Assembly (NCBI RefSeq): GCF_024700885.2
Contig: NZ_CP117016.1
Length of the DNA stretch: 64,000 nt
Direction: 5' to 3' (one strand)
From: Escherichia coli
Lineage (GTDB): Bacteria > Pseudomonadota > Gammaproteobacteria > Enterobacterales > Enterobacteriaceae
The notes beneath the pieces were generated by a model. It worked only from the letters and a program-made list of their open reading frames with translations, was not told the origin of the DNA and did no database searches. The translations under genes were made by a program, and so were the position numbers. Each line of letters starts with the position of its first letter. The stretch's first letter is position 1. Positions 51,863 through 63,869 of the stretch are shown piece by piece.

Positions 51863-52765
51863 ATGAAACGAGTTATTAACCTGTTTGCTGTACTGCTGAT
51901 GGGCTGGTCGGTAAATGCCTGGTCATTCGCCTGTAAAACCGCCAATGGCACCGCTATCCCTATTGGCGGTGGCAGCGCCAATGTTTATGTAAACCTTGCG
52001 CCCGCCGTGAATGTGGGGCAAAACCTGGTCGTGGATCTTTCGACGCAAATCTTTTGCCATAACGATTACCCGGAAACCATTACAGATTATGTCACACTGC
52101 AACGAGGCTCGGCTTATGGCGGCGTGTTATCTAATTTTTCCGGGACCGTAAAATATAGTGGCAGTAGCTATCCATTTCCGACCACCAGTGAAACGCCGCG
52201 GGTTGTTTATAATTCGAGAACGGATAAGCCGTGGCCGGTGGCGCTTTATTTGACGCCTGTGAGCAGTGCGGGCGGGGTGGTGATTAAAGCTGGCTCATTA
52301 ATTGCCGTGCTTATTTTGCGACAGACCAACAACTATAACAGCGATGATTTCCAGTTTGTGTGGAATATTTACGCCAATAATGATGTGGTGGTGCCCACTG
52401 GCGGCTGCGATGTTTCTGCTCGTGATGTCACCGTTACTCTGCCGGACTACCCTGGTTCAGTGCCGATTCCTCTTACCGTTTATTGTGCGAAAAGCCAAAA
52501 CCTGGGGTATTACCTCTCCGGCACAACCGCAGATGCGGGCAACTCGATTTTCACCAATACCGCGTCGTTTTCACCTGCACAGGGCGTCGGCGTACAGTTG
52601 ACGCGCAACGGTACGATTATTCCAGCGAATAACACGGTATCGTTAGGAGCAGTAGGGACTTCGGCGGTAAGTCTGGGATTAACGGCAAATTACGCACGTA
52701 CCGGAGGGCAGGTGACTGCAGGGAATGTGCAATCGATTATTGCCGTGACTTTTGTTTATCAATAA
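51863..52765 (+). CDS. fimH: Type 1 fimbrial adhesin FimH (300 aa)
   Basis: MKRVINLFAVLLMGWSVNAWSFACKTANGTAIPIGGGSANVYVNLAP... Confidence 0.92.
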   Translation: MKRVINLFAVLLMGWSVNAWSFACKTANGTAIPIGGGSANVYVNLAPAVNVGQNLVVDLSTQIFCHNDYPETITDYVTLQRGSAYGGVLSNFSGTVKYSGSSYPFPTTSETPRVVYNSRTDKPWPVALYLTPVSSAGGVVIKAGSLIAVLILRQTNNYNSDDFQFVWNIYANNDVVVPTGGCDVSARDVTVTLPDYPGSVPIPLTVYCAKSQNLGYYLSGTTADAGNSIFTNTASFSPAQGVGVQLTRNGTIIPANNTVSLGAVGTSAVSLGLTANYARTGGQVTAGNVQSIIAVTFVYQ

Positions 52766-52838
52766 AGAAATCACAGGGCATTGCTAATGCAGGTACGCAA
52801 TATTACCTGAAGCTAAAACCTGCACGTTAGCCCTTTGT

Positions 52839-52883
52839 AGGCCAGATAAGACGCGTCAGCGTCGCATCTGGCATAAACAAAGC
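52839..52883. repeat. REP (palindromic unit) element
   Basis: GCCCTTTGTAGGCCAGATAAGACGCGTCAGCGTCGCATCTGGCAT. Confidence 0.6.
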
Positions 52884-52908
52884 GCACTTTACCGACAATC
52901 CGAACAGA

Positions 52909-52940
52909 GCCTGCCAATGGCAGGCTCAGGTGCTCTTTTA
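52909..52940. terminator. Hairpin between convergent fimH and gntP (possible bidirectional terminator)
   Basis: AGCCTGCC-AAT-GGCAGGCT stem-loop followed by a T-rich run. Confidence 0.35.
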
Positions 52941-54281
52941 CGCTACCATGCTAATAATCAGCACAATAATCAGCCCAACCACGGAGTTGACCAGCTCCAG
53001 CAGACCCCAGGTTTTCAACGTGTCTTTTACTGACAGGTCAAAGTAACCTTTGAACAACCAGAATGAGGCATCGTTAATGTGGGTGAGGGTGTTGGAACCC
53101 GCAGCCGTCGCCAGTACCAGCAGCGCCGGATTCACGCCAACCAGCTGACCAGTTGCTGGATCAAGGATTGCTGCACTGATAATCCCGGCGGCGGTCATCG
53201 CTGAAACCACACCCTGACCCGTCGCCAGACGAATCAGTACGGTGATCAGCCATGCCATGATGTAGGGCGAGATATTGCCGTGGGACATCAGCATGCCGAT
53301 GGTGTCGCCGATGCCGGTGTCGATGATGGTCTGCTTCAGCACGCCACCTGCACCGATGATCAGAATCACCATTGCAATGCTTTTCACCGCGCTTTCAAAA
53401 GCGTTCATTACCCACTGCATATCGTGCCCGCGCGCGGTGCCAAAGAGTACGAATGCAACCACCATCGCAATAAACATTGCAATCGGCGAGGAACCGATAA
53501 AGTTAACCACTTCCCACGCAGGGGTATCTTTTACCAGCCAGATATTGGCGATGGTGGTAGAGATCATAATGATCGCCGGGATCAACGGCACCAGAATCGA
53601 AACGCCGAAAGAGGGCAGATTATTCATATCTACCGGTTGATCTGCTTTCAGGAATGATGGCGTTGGGCGCTCAAGATTGCCGAGGAACTTCGGCAGGATC
53701 AGACCTGCGCAGATGACACTTGGGATCGTCACCAGTACGCCATAGATATAAACCATCCCCATATCCGCGCCATAAGCATTCACCAGCGCCACCGGACCCG
53801 GCTGCGGTGGGAACAGTGAATGTGCGGTAGTGGCAGCTGCTACTGCCGGGATCGCCAGTTTCAGGAACGGAATTTTAGCTTCGGCGGCAATAACAATAAC
53901 CAGCGGTGCTAACATGATAAAGGCCACTTCATAGAACATCGCCAGACCGAAAATCAGGCCGATGATAATCACCGACAGCTGTACATAACGCAGACCGAGA
54001 CGTGCCAGCAGCGTATGCGCTATCTGGTGAGCCGCGCCGGAGTCGACCATCAATTTACCGATGACCGCACCGAACACCACGATGATAGCCAGTTCCCCCA
54101 GCGTGTTGCCGAAGCCCGCTTTCATGGTGTGCAGCAGCGACATCAAATCCATGCCCGCCAGCATCCCGACGGACAGCGCCGCCACCAACAAGGCCACCAT
54201 TGAATTGATTTTGAACTTCAAATTCAGTACCAGCATCAGACCAATGCCGAATACCACCCAGAGAATGTTAAGCACATGCAT
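52938..54281 (-). CDS. gntP: Fructuronate/gluconate transporter (447 aa)
   Basis: [43 protein letters not shown]... Confidence 0.9.
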
Positions 54282-54620
54282 AACGTTTTACCTTACCTGG
54301 TTGAACCGTTGTTATTTTGGGCGATATGTTATGTAAATTGGTCAACCATTGTTGCGATGAATGTCACATCCTCTGATCAATAACCATCGATTACCTTTTG
54401 CTGCAATTTGCAGCAACAACCAGGAGAGTGAAATTCTTGTGATGTGGTTAACCAATTTCAGAATTCGGGTTGACATGTCTTACCAAAAGGTAGAACTTAT
54501 ACGCCATCTCATCCGATGCAACGCCACGGCTGCGGTCTGGTTGTTCATCCGGATACCTAAACAACTCCAGGGTTCCGCGTCTCTTTGCTGTGGAACCCAC
54601 TATGTGAAAGAGGAAAAATC

Positions 54621-55805
54621 ATGGAACAGACCTGGCGCTGGTACGGCCCAAACGATCCGGTTTCTTTAGCTGATGTCCGTCAGGCGGGCGCGACTGGCGT
54701 GGTTACCGCTTTGCACCATATCCCGAACGGTGAAGTATGGTCCGTAGAAGAGATCCTCAAACGCAAGGCTATCGTTGAAGATGCAGGCCTGGTGTGGTCT
54801 GTCGTAGAAAGCGTGCCAATTCACGAAGATATCAAAACCCACACTGGCAACTATGAGCAGTGGATCGCTAACTATCAGCAGACTCTGCGCAACCTGGCGC
54901 AGTGCGGTATTCGCACCGTGTGCTACAACTTCATGCCGGTGCTCGACTGGACCCGTACTGACCTCGAATACGTGCTGCCAGACGGCTCCAAAGCTCTGCG
55001 CTTCGACCAGATCGAATTCGCTGCATTCGAAATGCATATCCTGAAACGCCCAGGTGCGGAAGCGGATTACACCGAAGAAGAAATTGCTCAGGCAGCTGAA
55101 CGCTTCGCCACTATGAGCGACGAAGACAAAGCGCGTCTGACCCGTAACATCATTGCCGGTCTGCCGGGCGCGGAAGAAGGGTACACCCTCGACCAGTTCC
55201 GTAAGCACCTGGAGCTGTACAAAGATATCGACAAAGCCAAACTGCGCGAAAACTTTGCCGTCTTCCTGAAGGCGATTATTCCGGTTGCCGAAGAAGTTGG
55301 CGTGCGTATGGCTGTTCACCCGGACGATCCGCCGCGCCCAATCCTCGGCCTGCCGCGCATTGTTTCTACCATTGAAGATATGCAGTGGATGGTTGATACC
55401 GTAAATAGCATGGCGAACGGTTTCACCATGTGCACCGGTTCCTACGGCGTGCGTGCTGACAACGATCTGGTTGATATGATCAAGCAGTTCGGTCCGCGTA
55501 TTTACTTCACCCATCTGCGCTCCACCATGCGTGAAGATAACCCGAAAACCTTCCACGAAGCGGCGCACCTGAACGGTGACGTTGATATGTACGAAGTGGT
55601 GAAAGCGATTGTTGAAGAAGAACACCGTCGTAAAGCGGAAGGCAAAGAAGACCTGATCCCGATGCGTCCGGACCACGGTCATCAGATGCTGGACGACCTG
55701 AAGAAGAAAACTAACCCAGGTTACTCCGCAATTGGTCGTCTGAAAGGCCTGGCCGAAGTTCGCGGTGTCGAACTGGCGATCCAGCGCGCTTTCTTTAGCC
55801 GTTAA
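54621..55805 (+). CDS. uxuA: Mannonate dehydratase (394 aa)
   Basis: [41 protein letters not shown]... Confidence 0.92.
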
Positions 55806-55885
55806 TATCCACCGGCATGGCTGCGCGCCGTGCCGGTTCCTTCTTCCTTGCCGTCACTCTCTGAAGACGGATTCTGGAGTTTACG

Positions 55886-57346
55886 ATGACTACTATTGTT
55901 GACAGCAATCTGCCGGTTGCCCGCCCGTCATGGGTGCATTCTCGTCTGGAATCACGCATTGTGCATCTCGGTTGCGGGGCGTTTCACCGCGCGCACCAGG
56001 CGCTGTATACCCATCATCTGCTGGAAAGTACCGACAGCGACTGGGGTATCTGCGAAGTTAACCTGATGCCAGGTAACGACCGTGTGCTGATTGAAAACCT
56101 GAAAAAACAGCAACTGCTGTACACCGTGGCGGAAAAAGGCGCGGAAAGCACCGAACTGAAAATTATCGGTTCGATGAAAGAAGCGCTGCATCCGGAAATC
56201 GACGGCTGCGAAGGTATTCTCAACGCGATGGCGCGTCCGCAGACGGCGATTGTCTCTCTGACGGTCACGGAAAAAGGCTACTGCGCTGATGCGGCAAGCG
56301 GTCAGTTGGATCTCAATAACCCGCTGATCAAGCACGATCTGGAAAACCCGACTGCGCCGAAGTCTGCGATTGGTTACATCGTCGAAGCCCTGCGTCTGCG
56401 TCGTGAAAAAGGGCTGAAAGCGTTTACGGTGATGTCCTGCGATAACGTGCGTGAAAACGGTCATGTGGCGAAGGTCGCGGTACTGGGGCTGGCTCAGGCG
56501 CGTGACCCGCAGCTGGCGGCATGGATTGAAGAGAACGTCACCTTCCCGTGCACCATGGTTGACCGCATCGTTCCGGCGGCGACGCCAGAAACCTTACAGG
56601 AAATTGCTGACCAGCTGGGTGTTTATGACCCGTGCGCCATTGCCTGCGAACCGTTCCGTCAGTGGGTGATTGAAGATAACTTCGTTAATGGTCGTCCGGA
56701 CTGGGATAAAGTGGGCGCACAGTTCGTTGCAGACGTTGTGCCGTTCGAAATGATGAAGCTGCGTATGCTGAACGGCAGCCACTCTTTCCTGGCATACCTC
56801 GGTTACCTCGGCGGCTATGAAACTATTGCCGACACCATGACTAACCCGGATTATCGCAAAGCGGCCTTTGCCCTGATGATGCAGGAACAAGCGCCAACGC
56901 TGTCGATGCCGGAAGGTACGGACCTGAACGCCTATGCGACGCTGCTGATCGAGCGTTTCAGCAACCCGTCTCTGCGTCACCGTACCTGGCAGATTGCGAT
57001 GGACGGCAGCCAGAAGTTACCGCAGCGTCTGCTGGATCCGGTGCGTCTGCACCTGCAAAACGGCGGCAGCTGGCGTCACCTGGCGCTGGGCGTGGCTGGC
57101 TGGATGCGTTACACCCAGGGCGTGGATGAGCAGGGTAATGCCATTGACGTGGTCGACCCGATGCTGGCCGAGTTCCAGAAGATTAACGCGCAGTATCAGG
57201 GCGCAGACCGCGTGAAAGCGCTGCTGGGCCTGAGCGGTATTTTTGCCGATGATCTGCCGCAGAATGCCGACTTTGTTGGCGCGGTGACGGCGGCATATCA
57301 GCAGCTGTGCGAACGCGGTGCGCGCGAGTGTGTGGCTGCGCTGTAA
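55886..57346 (+). CDS. uxuB: D-mannonate oxidoreductase (486 aa)
   Basis: MTTIVDSNLPVARPSWVHSRLESRIVHLGCGAFHRAHQALY... Confidence 0.92.
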   Translation: MTTIVDSNLPVARPSWVHSRLESRIVHLGCGAFHRAHQALYTHHLLESTDSDWGICEVNLMPGNDRVLIENLKKQQLLYTVAEKGAESTELKIIGSMKEALHPEIDGCEGILNAMARPQTAIVSLTVTEKGYCADAASGQLDLNNPLIKHDLENPTAPKSAIGYIVEALRLRREKGLKAFTVMSCDNVRENGHVAKVAVLGLAQARDPQLAAWIEENVTFPCTMVDRIVPAATPETLQEIADQLGVYDPCAIACEPFRQWVIEDNFVNGRPDWDKVGAQFVADVVPFEMMKLRMLNGSHSFLAYLGYLGGYETIADTMTNPDYRKAAFALMMQEQAPTLSMPEGTDLNAYATLLIERFSNPSLRHRTWQIAMDGSQKLPQRLLDPVRLHLQNGGSWRHLALGVAGWMRYTQGVDEQGNAIDVVDPMLAEFQKINAQYQGADRVKALLGLSGIFADDLPQNADFVGAVTAAYQQLCERGARECVAAL

Positions 57347-57482
57347 CTAACTGATTACCCTACAGACTTACTGGTCAATCAAACTGATATTTGGTTGACC
57401 AGTTTTCGTTTTTTTGCCCACCTGTACGTGCCAACTTCCAGTGCTAATGGTATAGTTTGAGATTAACGGGTGCCGTAAAATT

Positions 57483-57524
57483 GCCCGTTGTAGGCCGGAT
57501 AAGGCGTTCACGCCGCATCCGGCA
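57483..57524. repeat. REP (palindromic unit) element
   Basis: GCCCGTTGTAGGCCGGATAAGGCGTTCACGCCGCATCCGGCA. Confidence 0.6.
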
Positions 57525-57560
57525 AAAATTTGATTAACCGCACCTAACGGACACAACACC

Positions 57561-58334
57561 ATGAAATCTGCCACCTCTGCGCAAAGACCTTACCAGGAAG
57601 TCGGGGCGATGATCCGCGATCTGATCATAAAGACGCCGTACAATCCTGGCGAACGGTTGCCGCCGGAGCGTGAAATTGCAGAAATGCTTGATGTCACGCG
57701 GACGGTGGTACGTGAAGCGCTGATCATGCTGGAGATCAAAGGGCTGGTGGAAGTGCGCCGGGGTGCCGGTATCTATGTTCTTGATAGCTCAGGCAGCCAC
57801 AACACAGACAGTCCGGATGCCAACGTTTGCAATGATGCGGGTCCTTTTGAGCTGTTGCAGGCGCGACAGCTTCTTGAGAGCAACATCGCCGAGTTTGCCG
57901 CCCTGCAGGCTACCCGCGAAGATATCGTCAAAATGCGTCAGGCATTGCAACTGGAAGAGCGTGAACTGGCTTCCAGTGCGCCGGGCAGCAGCGAAAGCGG
58001 TGACATGCAGTTCCATCTCGCTATTGCCGAAGCAACGCATAACAGCATGCTGGTGGAGCTGTTCCGTCAGTCCTGGCAGTGGCGGGAAAACAATCCAATG
58101 TGGATCCAGTTGCACAGCCATCTGGATGACAGCCTGTATCGCAAAGAGTGGTTGGGCGATCACAAACAGATCCTCGCCGCGTTAATCAAAAAAGATGCCC
58201 GAGCGGCGAAGCTGGCAATGTGGCAGCATCTGGAAAACGTTAAGCAACGTCTGCTGGAATTCTCGAACGTTGACGATATTTATTTTGATGGCTATCTGTT
58301 TGATTCATGGCCGCTGGATAAAGGCGACGCCTGA
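57561..58334 (+). CDS. uxuR: GntR-family regulator of hexuronate metabolism (257 aa)
   Basis: MKSATSAQRPYQEVGAMIRDLIIKTPYNPGERLPPEREIAEMLDVTRTVVREAL... Confidence 0.9.
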   Translation: MKSATSAQRPYQEVGAMIRDLIIKTPYNPGERLPPEREIAEMLDVTRTVVREALIMLEIKGLVEVRRGAGIYVLDSSGSHNTDSPDANVCNDAGPFELLQARQLLESNIAEFAALQATREDIVKMRQALQLEERELASSAPGSSESGDMQFHLAIAEATHNSMLVELFRQSWQWRENNPMWIQLHSHLDDSLYRKEWLGDHKQILAALIKKDARAAKLAMWQHLENVKQRLLEFSNVDDIYFDGYLFDSWPLDKGDA

Positions 58335-58346
58335 CTTATTATAATA

Positions 58347-58378
58347 AGCGCAAGGGTAAACGTTCCTTGCGCTTTCTT
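58347..58378 (+). terminator. Rho-independent terminator after uxuR
   Basis: AGCGCAAGG-GTAAACGTT-CCTTGCGCT stem-loop followed by TTCTT. Confidence 0.6.
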
Positions 58379-58571
58379 AAATTAAGAAGTCGCAATGAGT
58401 ATTACTTTGTAAATTGCAGGGGATTGTTTAGCTATCTGTATAACCTGAATGTTAGTACTCATTCTTCCTGGTAGTTATTTACCAATATAATTCCATTCAC
58501 CATTTTTTAATTCAAACAGTTCTGGAAGAGATGACGGTTGCAGAGTCATACGTTTGAGTGGTGCATTTTCA

Positions 58572-59150
58572 TCACCCGGGATAGGCTTCTATACCAATTA
58601 TTGGGTCATTACCCAACTCAATATTAGCATTAAGTAATGCGGCAAGGGCGAATCCGGAAGAATTTGCTACCCCTGTTACCGTCATTATCTGATCAATATA
58701 GATATCAATCCTTGGCTGCTCATTGGTCCATCTTTTTGCCTGAGAAGCTGGAAGGGTTGAAATATATCCTATCGTGGTTCCGGCATAACCAGGAACATTG
58801 CAACCAGGGCCTAATGTTATTTCATGAACTGTATAGTCCTCAACAGGATCGAAAGGGCCTTTCATAAATAAATTTAGCCGTAATCCTTTTGCTAACTCTG
58901 TGGCAGCATGCGCCTTTTTACATATACCACCATATATTTCGTCTAAAGCTGAGGTGATTTTCAAGTTTCGATAGAGCATACGTCCTGTTGTTGTAATACC
59001 ATTGAATTCTCTGCATGTTTCTGTCACATAATTAAATGGCCAGGACTCTTTACTAATATCAAGTTTTCTAATTTCGACAACGCTTTTTCCATCGTAATTA
59101 TGGTTATTGCCACGAGCAAGAGGCGGAAGATAGATATTTTCCGTATCCAT
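58572..59150 (-). CDS. yjiC: YjiC-like hypothetical protein (192-aa ORF; true N-terminus uncertain)
   Basis: Position between uxuR and iraD as in E. coli; sequence not independently recognised. Confidence 0.45.
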   Translation of the reverse strand: MDTENIYLPPLARGNNHNYDGKSVVEIRKLDISKESWPFNYVTETCREFNGITTTGRMLYRNLKITSALDEIYGGICKKAHAATELAKGLRLNLFMKGPFDPVEDYTVHEITLGPGCNVPGYAGTTIGYISTLPASQAKRWTNEQPRIDIYIDQIMTVTGVANSSGFALAALLNANIELGNDPIIGIEAYPG

Positions 59151-59932
59151 GCGTGCACGTTCATGTTTACGTGTTAACTCACTGTCGACTTTTGGATGAT
59201 GAAGGAAGTGATTATCTGTAATAATTTAACTCTGAAGGGCATTGCTTAATGGCATAGACATAATAGTTACCTTTTATGAGTATTTCACTGATGTTTAGAA
59301 AAATAGATAAATTTTTCTGTAGTAAAAGAGAAGTAAACAAATGACATGCATGTTTCTGTTGTAGTGATATCAACTCTACACAGTGATATTAAAGGGTAGG
59401 AAACACTATAAAGTATCAAAAAACGCTCATTTAAAATTATTTGCATGCAATTTAAAAGCATATCTTATTACTAATTGGAATTTGATGTTGCTATATTGAT
59501 GTCTATATTAATAATGCCTGTGAATGGTATTTTTGATGTATTTGATATGTTATCAATTTATATTATTTACAAACTAATTGTTTCAAATAATACATGGCTG
59601 ATTATGCGGAAATAAATAATTTCCCACCGGAATTAAGTAGCGGTGGTGACAAGTATTTTCATCTACGTAACTATTCGGAATATTCAGAATATACTAGCGG
59701 TTTTTTTTTGAGTTTGATGATTTTTATCAAATCATGACTTTTTTCCTGAAAAGTCAGTAGATATTCATAGGCAAGTAAGGTTTTATACTTTGCTGACAGG
59801 ATTCAGGCCTGTCTCAGACTGACATGGATGTAATGAACAAAAGGGAATGGCTATGGAAAATGAGCATCAATACAGTGGTGCCCGGCATTCAGGGCAAGCC
59901 GCATATGTTGCTAAACGTCAGGAGTGCGCAAA

Positions 59933-60325
59933 ATGATGCGCCAATCACTTCAGGCTGTTTTACCTGAAATTTCAGGCAATAAAACGTCATTGCTGCGTAA
60001 ATCGGTATGCAGCGATCTCCTCACTCTTTTTAATTCTCCTCATTCGGCATTACCGTCATTACTTGTTTCAGGCATGCCCGAGTGGCAAGTGCATAACCAG
60101 AGCGACAAACATCTTCAGAGCTGGTATTGCCGTCAGCTGCGTTCTGCACTGTTATTTCATGAGCCACGGATTGCGGCGTTGCAGGTCAATTTGAAAGAAG
60201 CGTACAGCCACACGCTGGCGATCAGCCTTGAGATAATGCTGTACCACGACGATGAACCGCTAACGTTTGATCTGATCTGGGATAATGGCGGTTGGCGTAG
60301 TGCGACGCTGGAGAATGTCAGCTAA
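59933..60325 (+). CDS. iraD: RssB anti-adaptor IraD (130 aa)
   Basis: [52 protein letters not shown]... Confidence 0.85.
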   Translation: MMRQSLQAVLPEISGNKTSLLRKSVCSDLLTLFNSPHSALPSLLVSGMPEWQVHNQSDKHLQSWYCRQLRSALLFHEPRIAALQVNLKEAYSHTLAISLEIMLYHDDEPLTFDLIWDNGGWRSATLENVS

Positions 60326-61229
60326 GCACAATCTCCAGCTCGCGCAGTTCACGCCAGAAGCGTTCGGCAACTGGATTCATGCGGGTATTCATCCGGTATG
60401 CGTAGGCCTGAATCGGGATCACCAGTTCTTCCCGATTCAGTACAACGAGCTGCCCGCTGCGAATTTCTTGTTGGATGGCGTACTCCGGCAGCCAGGCAAT
60501 CCCACAGCCGTCGAGGGCAACCTGCTTTAAAAGCTCGCTCATCGAAGAGACAAAAAAGGTGCTGAAACTCAACTCACTGTGGCGCGTCAGGGTGCGATTA
60601 ATCAATCGCCCCATGTAGGAGTTGCGGCTGTAATTCAGTAACGGAAAGTGTGGCTGCGCGAGGTTAAACAGTGCTTCTCCGTGTTCGTCACTGGCGCAGA
60701 CGGGGAACAATTGAGATTCAAATAAGCGAATGTGGTCAAACGGTGCTTCCAGCAAATCTTCGTCGTGAAAGGAAAAAATACAGTCACTTTGCCCTTCACG
60801 CAGTTTATCGACCGCTTCATCGACATCAATGGCTTCAATCGCCCAGGTAAAGAGCGGCGGCATCTGGCTGATAATGGACGGTAACAGACCGAGGGAAAGA
60901 GAGTGTGCAGCGGCAATCTTGATTTTACGTTGCGCGTAATCGCTGCCGCCACGCAGCTCTGCCAGGTTGCTTTCTAACTGTTGTAACAGATGGCGGATCT
61001 GCGAATGAAAGATTTTCCCTTGTTCCGAGAGTTGCAGCGGCGTCACCTGGCGGTTAAACAATTCAACGCCAATCGCCTGTTCCAGTGCACGGATGCGGCG
61101 GCTGAATGCCGGTTGCGAGACGTTGCGACTGACTGCCGCCTGGGAAAAGTTGCGGCATTTTTCCAGGGTCAGAAAATCATAAAGCCATTTTGTTTCAATA
61201 TTATGCAAAACCGCACCACAGTCATCCAT
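60318..61229 (-). CDS. hypT: LysR-family regulator HypT/YjiE (303 aa)
   Basis: [50 protein letters not shown]... Confidence 0.85.
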   Translation of the reverse strand: MDDCGAVLHNIETKWLYDFLTLEKCRNFSQAAVSRNVSQPAFSRRIRALEQAIGVELFNRQVTPLQLSEQGKIFHSQIRHLLQQLESNLAELRGGSDYAQRKIKIAAAHSLSLGLLPSIISQMPPLFTWAIEAIDVDEAVDKLREGQSDCIFSFHDEDLLEAPFDHIRLFESQLFPVCASDEHGEALFNLAQPHFPLLNYSRNSYMGRLINRTLTRHSELSFSTFFVSSMSELLKQVALDGCGIAWLPEYAIQQEIRSGQLVVLNREELVIPIQAYAYRMNTRMNPVAERFWRELRELEIVLS

Positions 61230-61293
61230 TACGTTTTACTCTGTCAGCCGCCCTTGCGGGCATTCTACGTCCATTCGGGCGGCTGACAACCGT

Positions 61294-62466
61294 TTAAGCC
61301 ATTTCAAACGTTCCTTTCACGCAGGCTTTGCCGTCTTTGACCATCAGTTTGCCGCGAGCGTATACCTGCTCAATGCGCAATTCTGGCGTCATGACCAGTA
61401 AGTCTGCGTCATTGCCTGGCAGAATTTCGCCTTTCCCGCTCAGGTTAAGGAAACCGGCTACGCTACTGGTGAGCGGGCGAAGGGCATCGCTGATACTGAA
61501 ATCATAGTCCTTGACCAGCACCTGCACGGTTTCCAGCAACGTTTCAAAACCTGCAACACCGATATGGGTTAAATTCCCTTCGTCATCGAAGAACGGCTGG
61601 CTACCGTTGCCGTCGGAGCTGAGGGTGACGCGTGCCAGCGGAATACCGGCCTGAACGGCGCGGGCAATACCTTCGGCAGGGGCGACCGGTTCGTCAATGC
61701 TGCTGGTGATGTCGATAGTGCCGCCTTTGTGCGCAAACTCCAGCGCCTGCTCAAACAACGGAACGTTGCGGTTAACGTGGGTCGGCAGCAGCTTGCTGAT
61801 CGGCACATCGCAGTTTTCCAGCAGGTCATAGACAGGCTGTAACGCCTTTTTGCTGTCGCCCATGTGGAACACGGTGACGCCAGGTTTGCCGCCGAGCAAA
61901 CCGCCAACGCGGGATTCCGCCGCCATATTAGCCAGGTGATAAACGTCAGGTGCGGCAGAACGGTGATCAGAGATGGCGCATTTCACACCAATCACGCGAT
62001 CGATAATCGCCACGTCTTTTTCCACGGAACCTGTAATGGTGCGGGAAGGGACATGATAAGCGCCGGTCAGCATCCAGGCGCTGATGCCTTCTTCATTGAG
62101 CGCACGGGTCTTGGCGAGCAGGGATTCCGGGTGACGAGAGATAGAGTCAGTGCCGAGCAGACCAACCACTGACGTGACGCCCGCTTCCGTCAGACGACTT
62201 AACGCCACTTCCGGCGTGCGCGTCGTGGGACCTGCTTCACCGCCACCGCCAATTAAATGAACGTGTTGATCAATAAAACCTGGGCAGAGGATCTGCCCGC
62301 TGAGATCGACAACCGTGCAGTCCGGTACAATATCAGAAGGGATATTACTGGCAACGGCGATAATTTTGCCGTTAGCGACGAGGACATCGCAAACTCCCCG
62401 ATCTTCCGGCGCATACAAATGCGCTCCCTGCAGCAGGGTAAAACCGGCTGCGGTATAATCAATCAT
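61294..62466 (-). CDS. iadA: Isoaspartyl dipeptidase (390 aa)
   Basis: MIDYTAAGFTLLQGAHLYAPEDRGVCDVLVANGKIIAV...HVHLIGGGGEAG. Confidence 0.9.
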   Translation of the reverse strand: MIDYTAAGFTLLQGAHLYAPEDRGVCDVLVANGKIIAVASNIPSDIVPDCTVVDLSGQILCPGFIDQHVHLIGGGGEAGPTTRTPEVALSRLTEAGVTSVVGLLGTDSISRHPESLLAKTRALNEEGISAWMLTGAYHVPSRTITGSVEKDVAIIDRVIGVKCAISDHRSAAPDVYHLANMAAESRVGGLLGGKPGVTVFHMGDSKKALQPVYDLLENCDVPISKLLPTHVNRNVPLFEQALEFAHKGGTIDITSSIDEPVAPAEGIARAVQAGIPLARVTLSSDGNGSQPFFDDEGNLTHIGVAGFETLLETVQVLVKDYDFSISDALRPLTSSVAGFLNLSGKGEILPGNDADLLVMTPELRIEQVYARGKLMVKDGKACVKGTFEMA

Positions 62467-62478
62467 GGTAACTCCTTG

Positions 62479-62940
62479 TTAAACAATAAGCTGCATAACC
62501 CAGATCGACAGCAATGCGTTAATCACGCAGACCGTAATGATATGCGGGTAATATTTGGCATTCACTTCGGCTGTCCCCAGGCAGCGACCGACATTTTGCA
62601 CCGGGTTGCCCATTAAATACATCGCGGGCAGTAAAACGGTGACATCGTGACCGGTTAATGCGCCAGCGGTTGCCAGACTGGCGGCAACACCGACTGCGCC
62701 GCCCATACTCATTAATGCGGCTAAAAGGACGGTTGCCGCTTCACCGGGCAATCCCCACAGCGCCATTACCGGTTCACAGATATGCCCCACCCAGTCGAGC
62801 AGGCCGGTAATTTTCAGCGCCTGAATGATGACAAACGCCATCACCACGTTTGGCAGCAGGTTGGTGGTGGCGATAGTAAAGCCACGGCGCGCGCCATCGA
62901 TAAACATATCCATGACGTTTTTGCGGACCTGAGTTGTCAT
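62479..62940 (-). CDS. yjiG: Inner-membrane protein YjiG (153 aa)
   Basis: Position and size immediately downstream of iadA as in E. coli. Confidence 0.75.
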   Translation of the reverse strand: MTTQVRKNVMDMFIDGARRGFTIATTNLLPNVVMAFVIIQALKITGLLDWVGHICEPVMALWGLPGEAATVLLAALMSMGGAVGVAASLATAGALTGHDVTVLLPAMYLMGNPVQNVGRCLGTAEVNAKYYPHIITVCVINALLSIWVMQLIV

Positions 62941-63620
62941 GCTTGCGCTCCTTGCGTTGGGTTGCGACGTTCTTCGAAGTTAAGCCAGACGCGCAAAATG
63001 TTGGCTCCGACAAATTTAAACACCAGGATGACTGCTAAAGGTACGATTACGGACGTGCCCAGAAAGGCAAACACCGCGACGCCGGAAGAGAAGTAGTTGG
63101 TGATAATGGCGCTACCGCTGGTTTGATATGCGGCGAAAATCACTTTATCGCGTTCGGTAATTTCACCTTCCTGCGCCAGCTCTTTGGTCATACCGGCGGC
63201 GGCATCGGTGTTTTGCAGGTTAGCGATCAGCGCCAGCGAGCAGATCCCTGGAATGCCCAACAACGGTTTTAGCACTGGCGTCATTAACTGCTGCGCGGCG
63301 CGTAATCCACCAAGACCATCGGTAATTGAAATAATCCCCAGAGAGAGAATGACTGACGGTGCCAGCTCCAGCGCAAAGAGAAAGCCATCTTTAGCCCCCG
63401 CGCCACCCGCGCCGCGAAACGAGGTGGTGGCTCCGTTCGCACCAGGCAGTTGCCCAAATGATCCGTTCAGCACGGAAAAATCAAAAACGCGCCACCAACT
63501 GTCTGTCCCGGAAAAAACACCGGAAAAAAAGATTATGGTGAGAAAAAAAGCCAGATACCCTTTAATGCCCACTTTTTCTGTCGCCAGCTCCCCGGCTACA
63601 GCATCCCCTTGTTGTGTCAT
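62937..63620 (-). CDS. yjiH: Inner-membrane protein YjiH (227 aa)
   Basis: MTQQGDAVAGELATEKVGIKGYLAFFLTIIFFSG...; overlaps yjiG start by 4 bp. Confidence 0.75.
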   Translation of the reverse strand: MTQQGDAVAGELATEKVGIKGYLAFFLTIIFFSGVFSGTDSWWRVFDFSVLNGSFGQLPGANGATTSFRGAGGAGAKDGFLFALELAPSVILSLGIISITDGLGGLRAAQQLMTPVLKPLLGIPGICSLALIANLQNTDAAAGMTKELAQEGEITERDKVIFAAYQTSGSAIITNYFSSGVAVFAFLGTSVIVPLAVILVFKFVGANILRVWLNFEERRNPTQGAQA

Positions 63621-63869
63621 AACAATCCCCATTGTTTTTTTGTGTTTGTGTGTTGCTTGAGCCAGGAAAATTCCTGGAGCTGAAAAACCTTATCAGCCAT
63701 GTGGGTATGGGGAAAATGCAAGTATGTTTCTGGCTATGCGTTTTTTGCATAGCGGAAAAATTACGCTATGGGGAAAAGGTTCTGCGCAGGATTGAGTTGC
63801 AGTAAATTCATAAACCCAGTGACAATGACATCAGTAAATAAAAACAGAAAATCCAGGGACGAAAACGCG

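Noticed and set aside
54666-56980. Minus-strand ORFs of 338, 170 and 128 aa
   Set aside because: Antisense to uxuA and uxuB, whose sense-strand products match the known enzymes along their full length.
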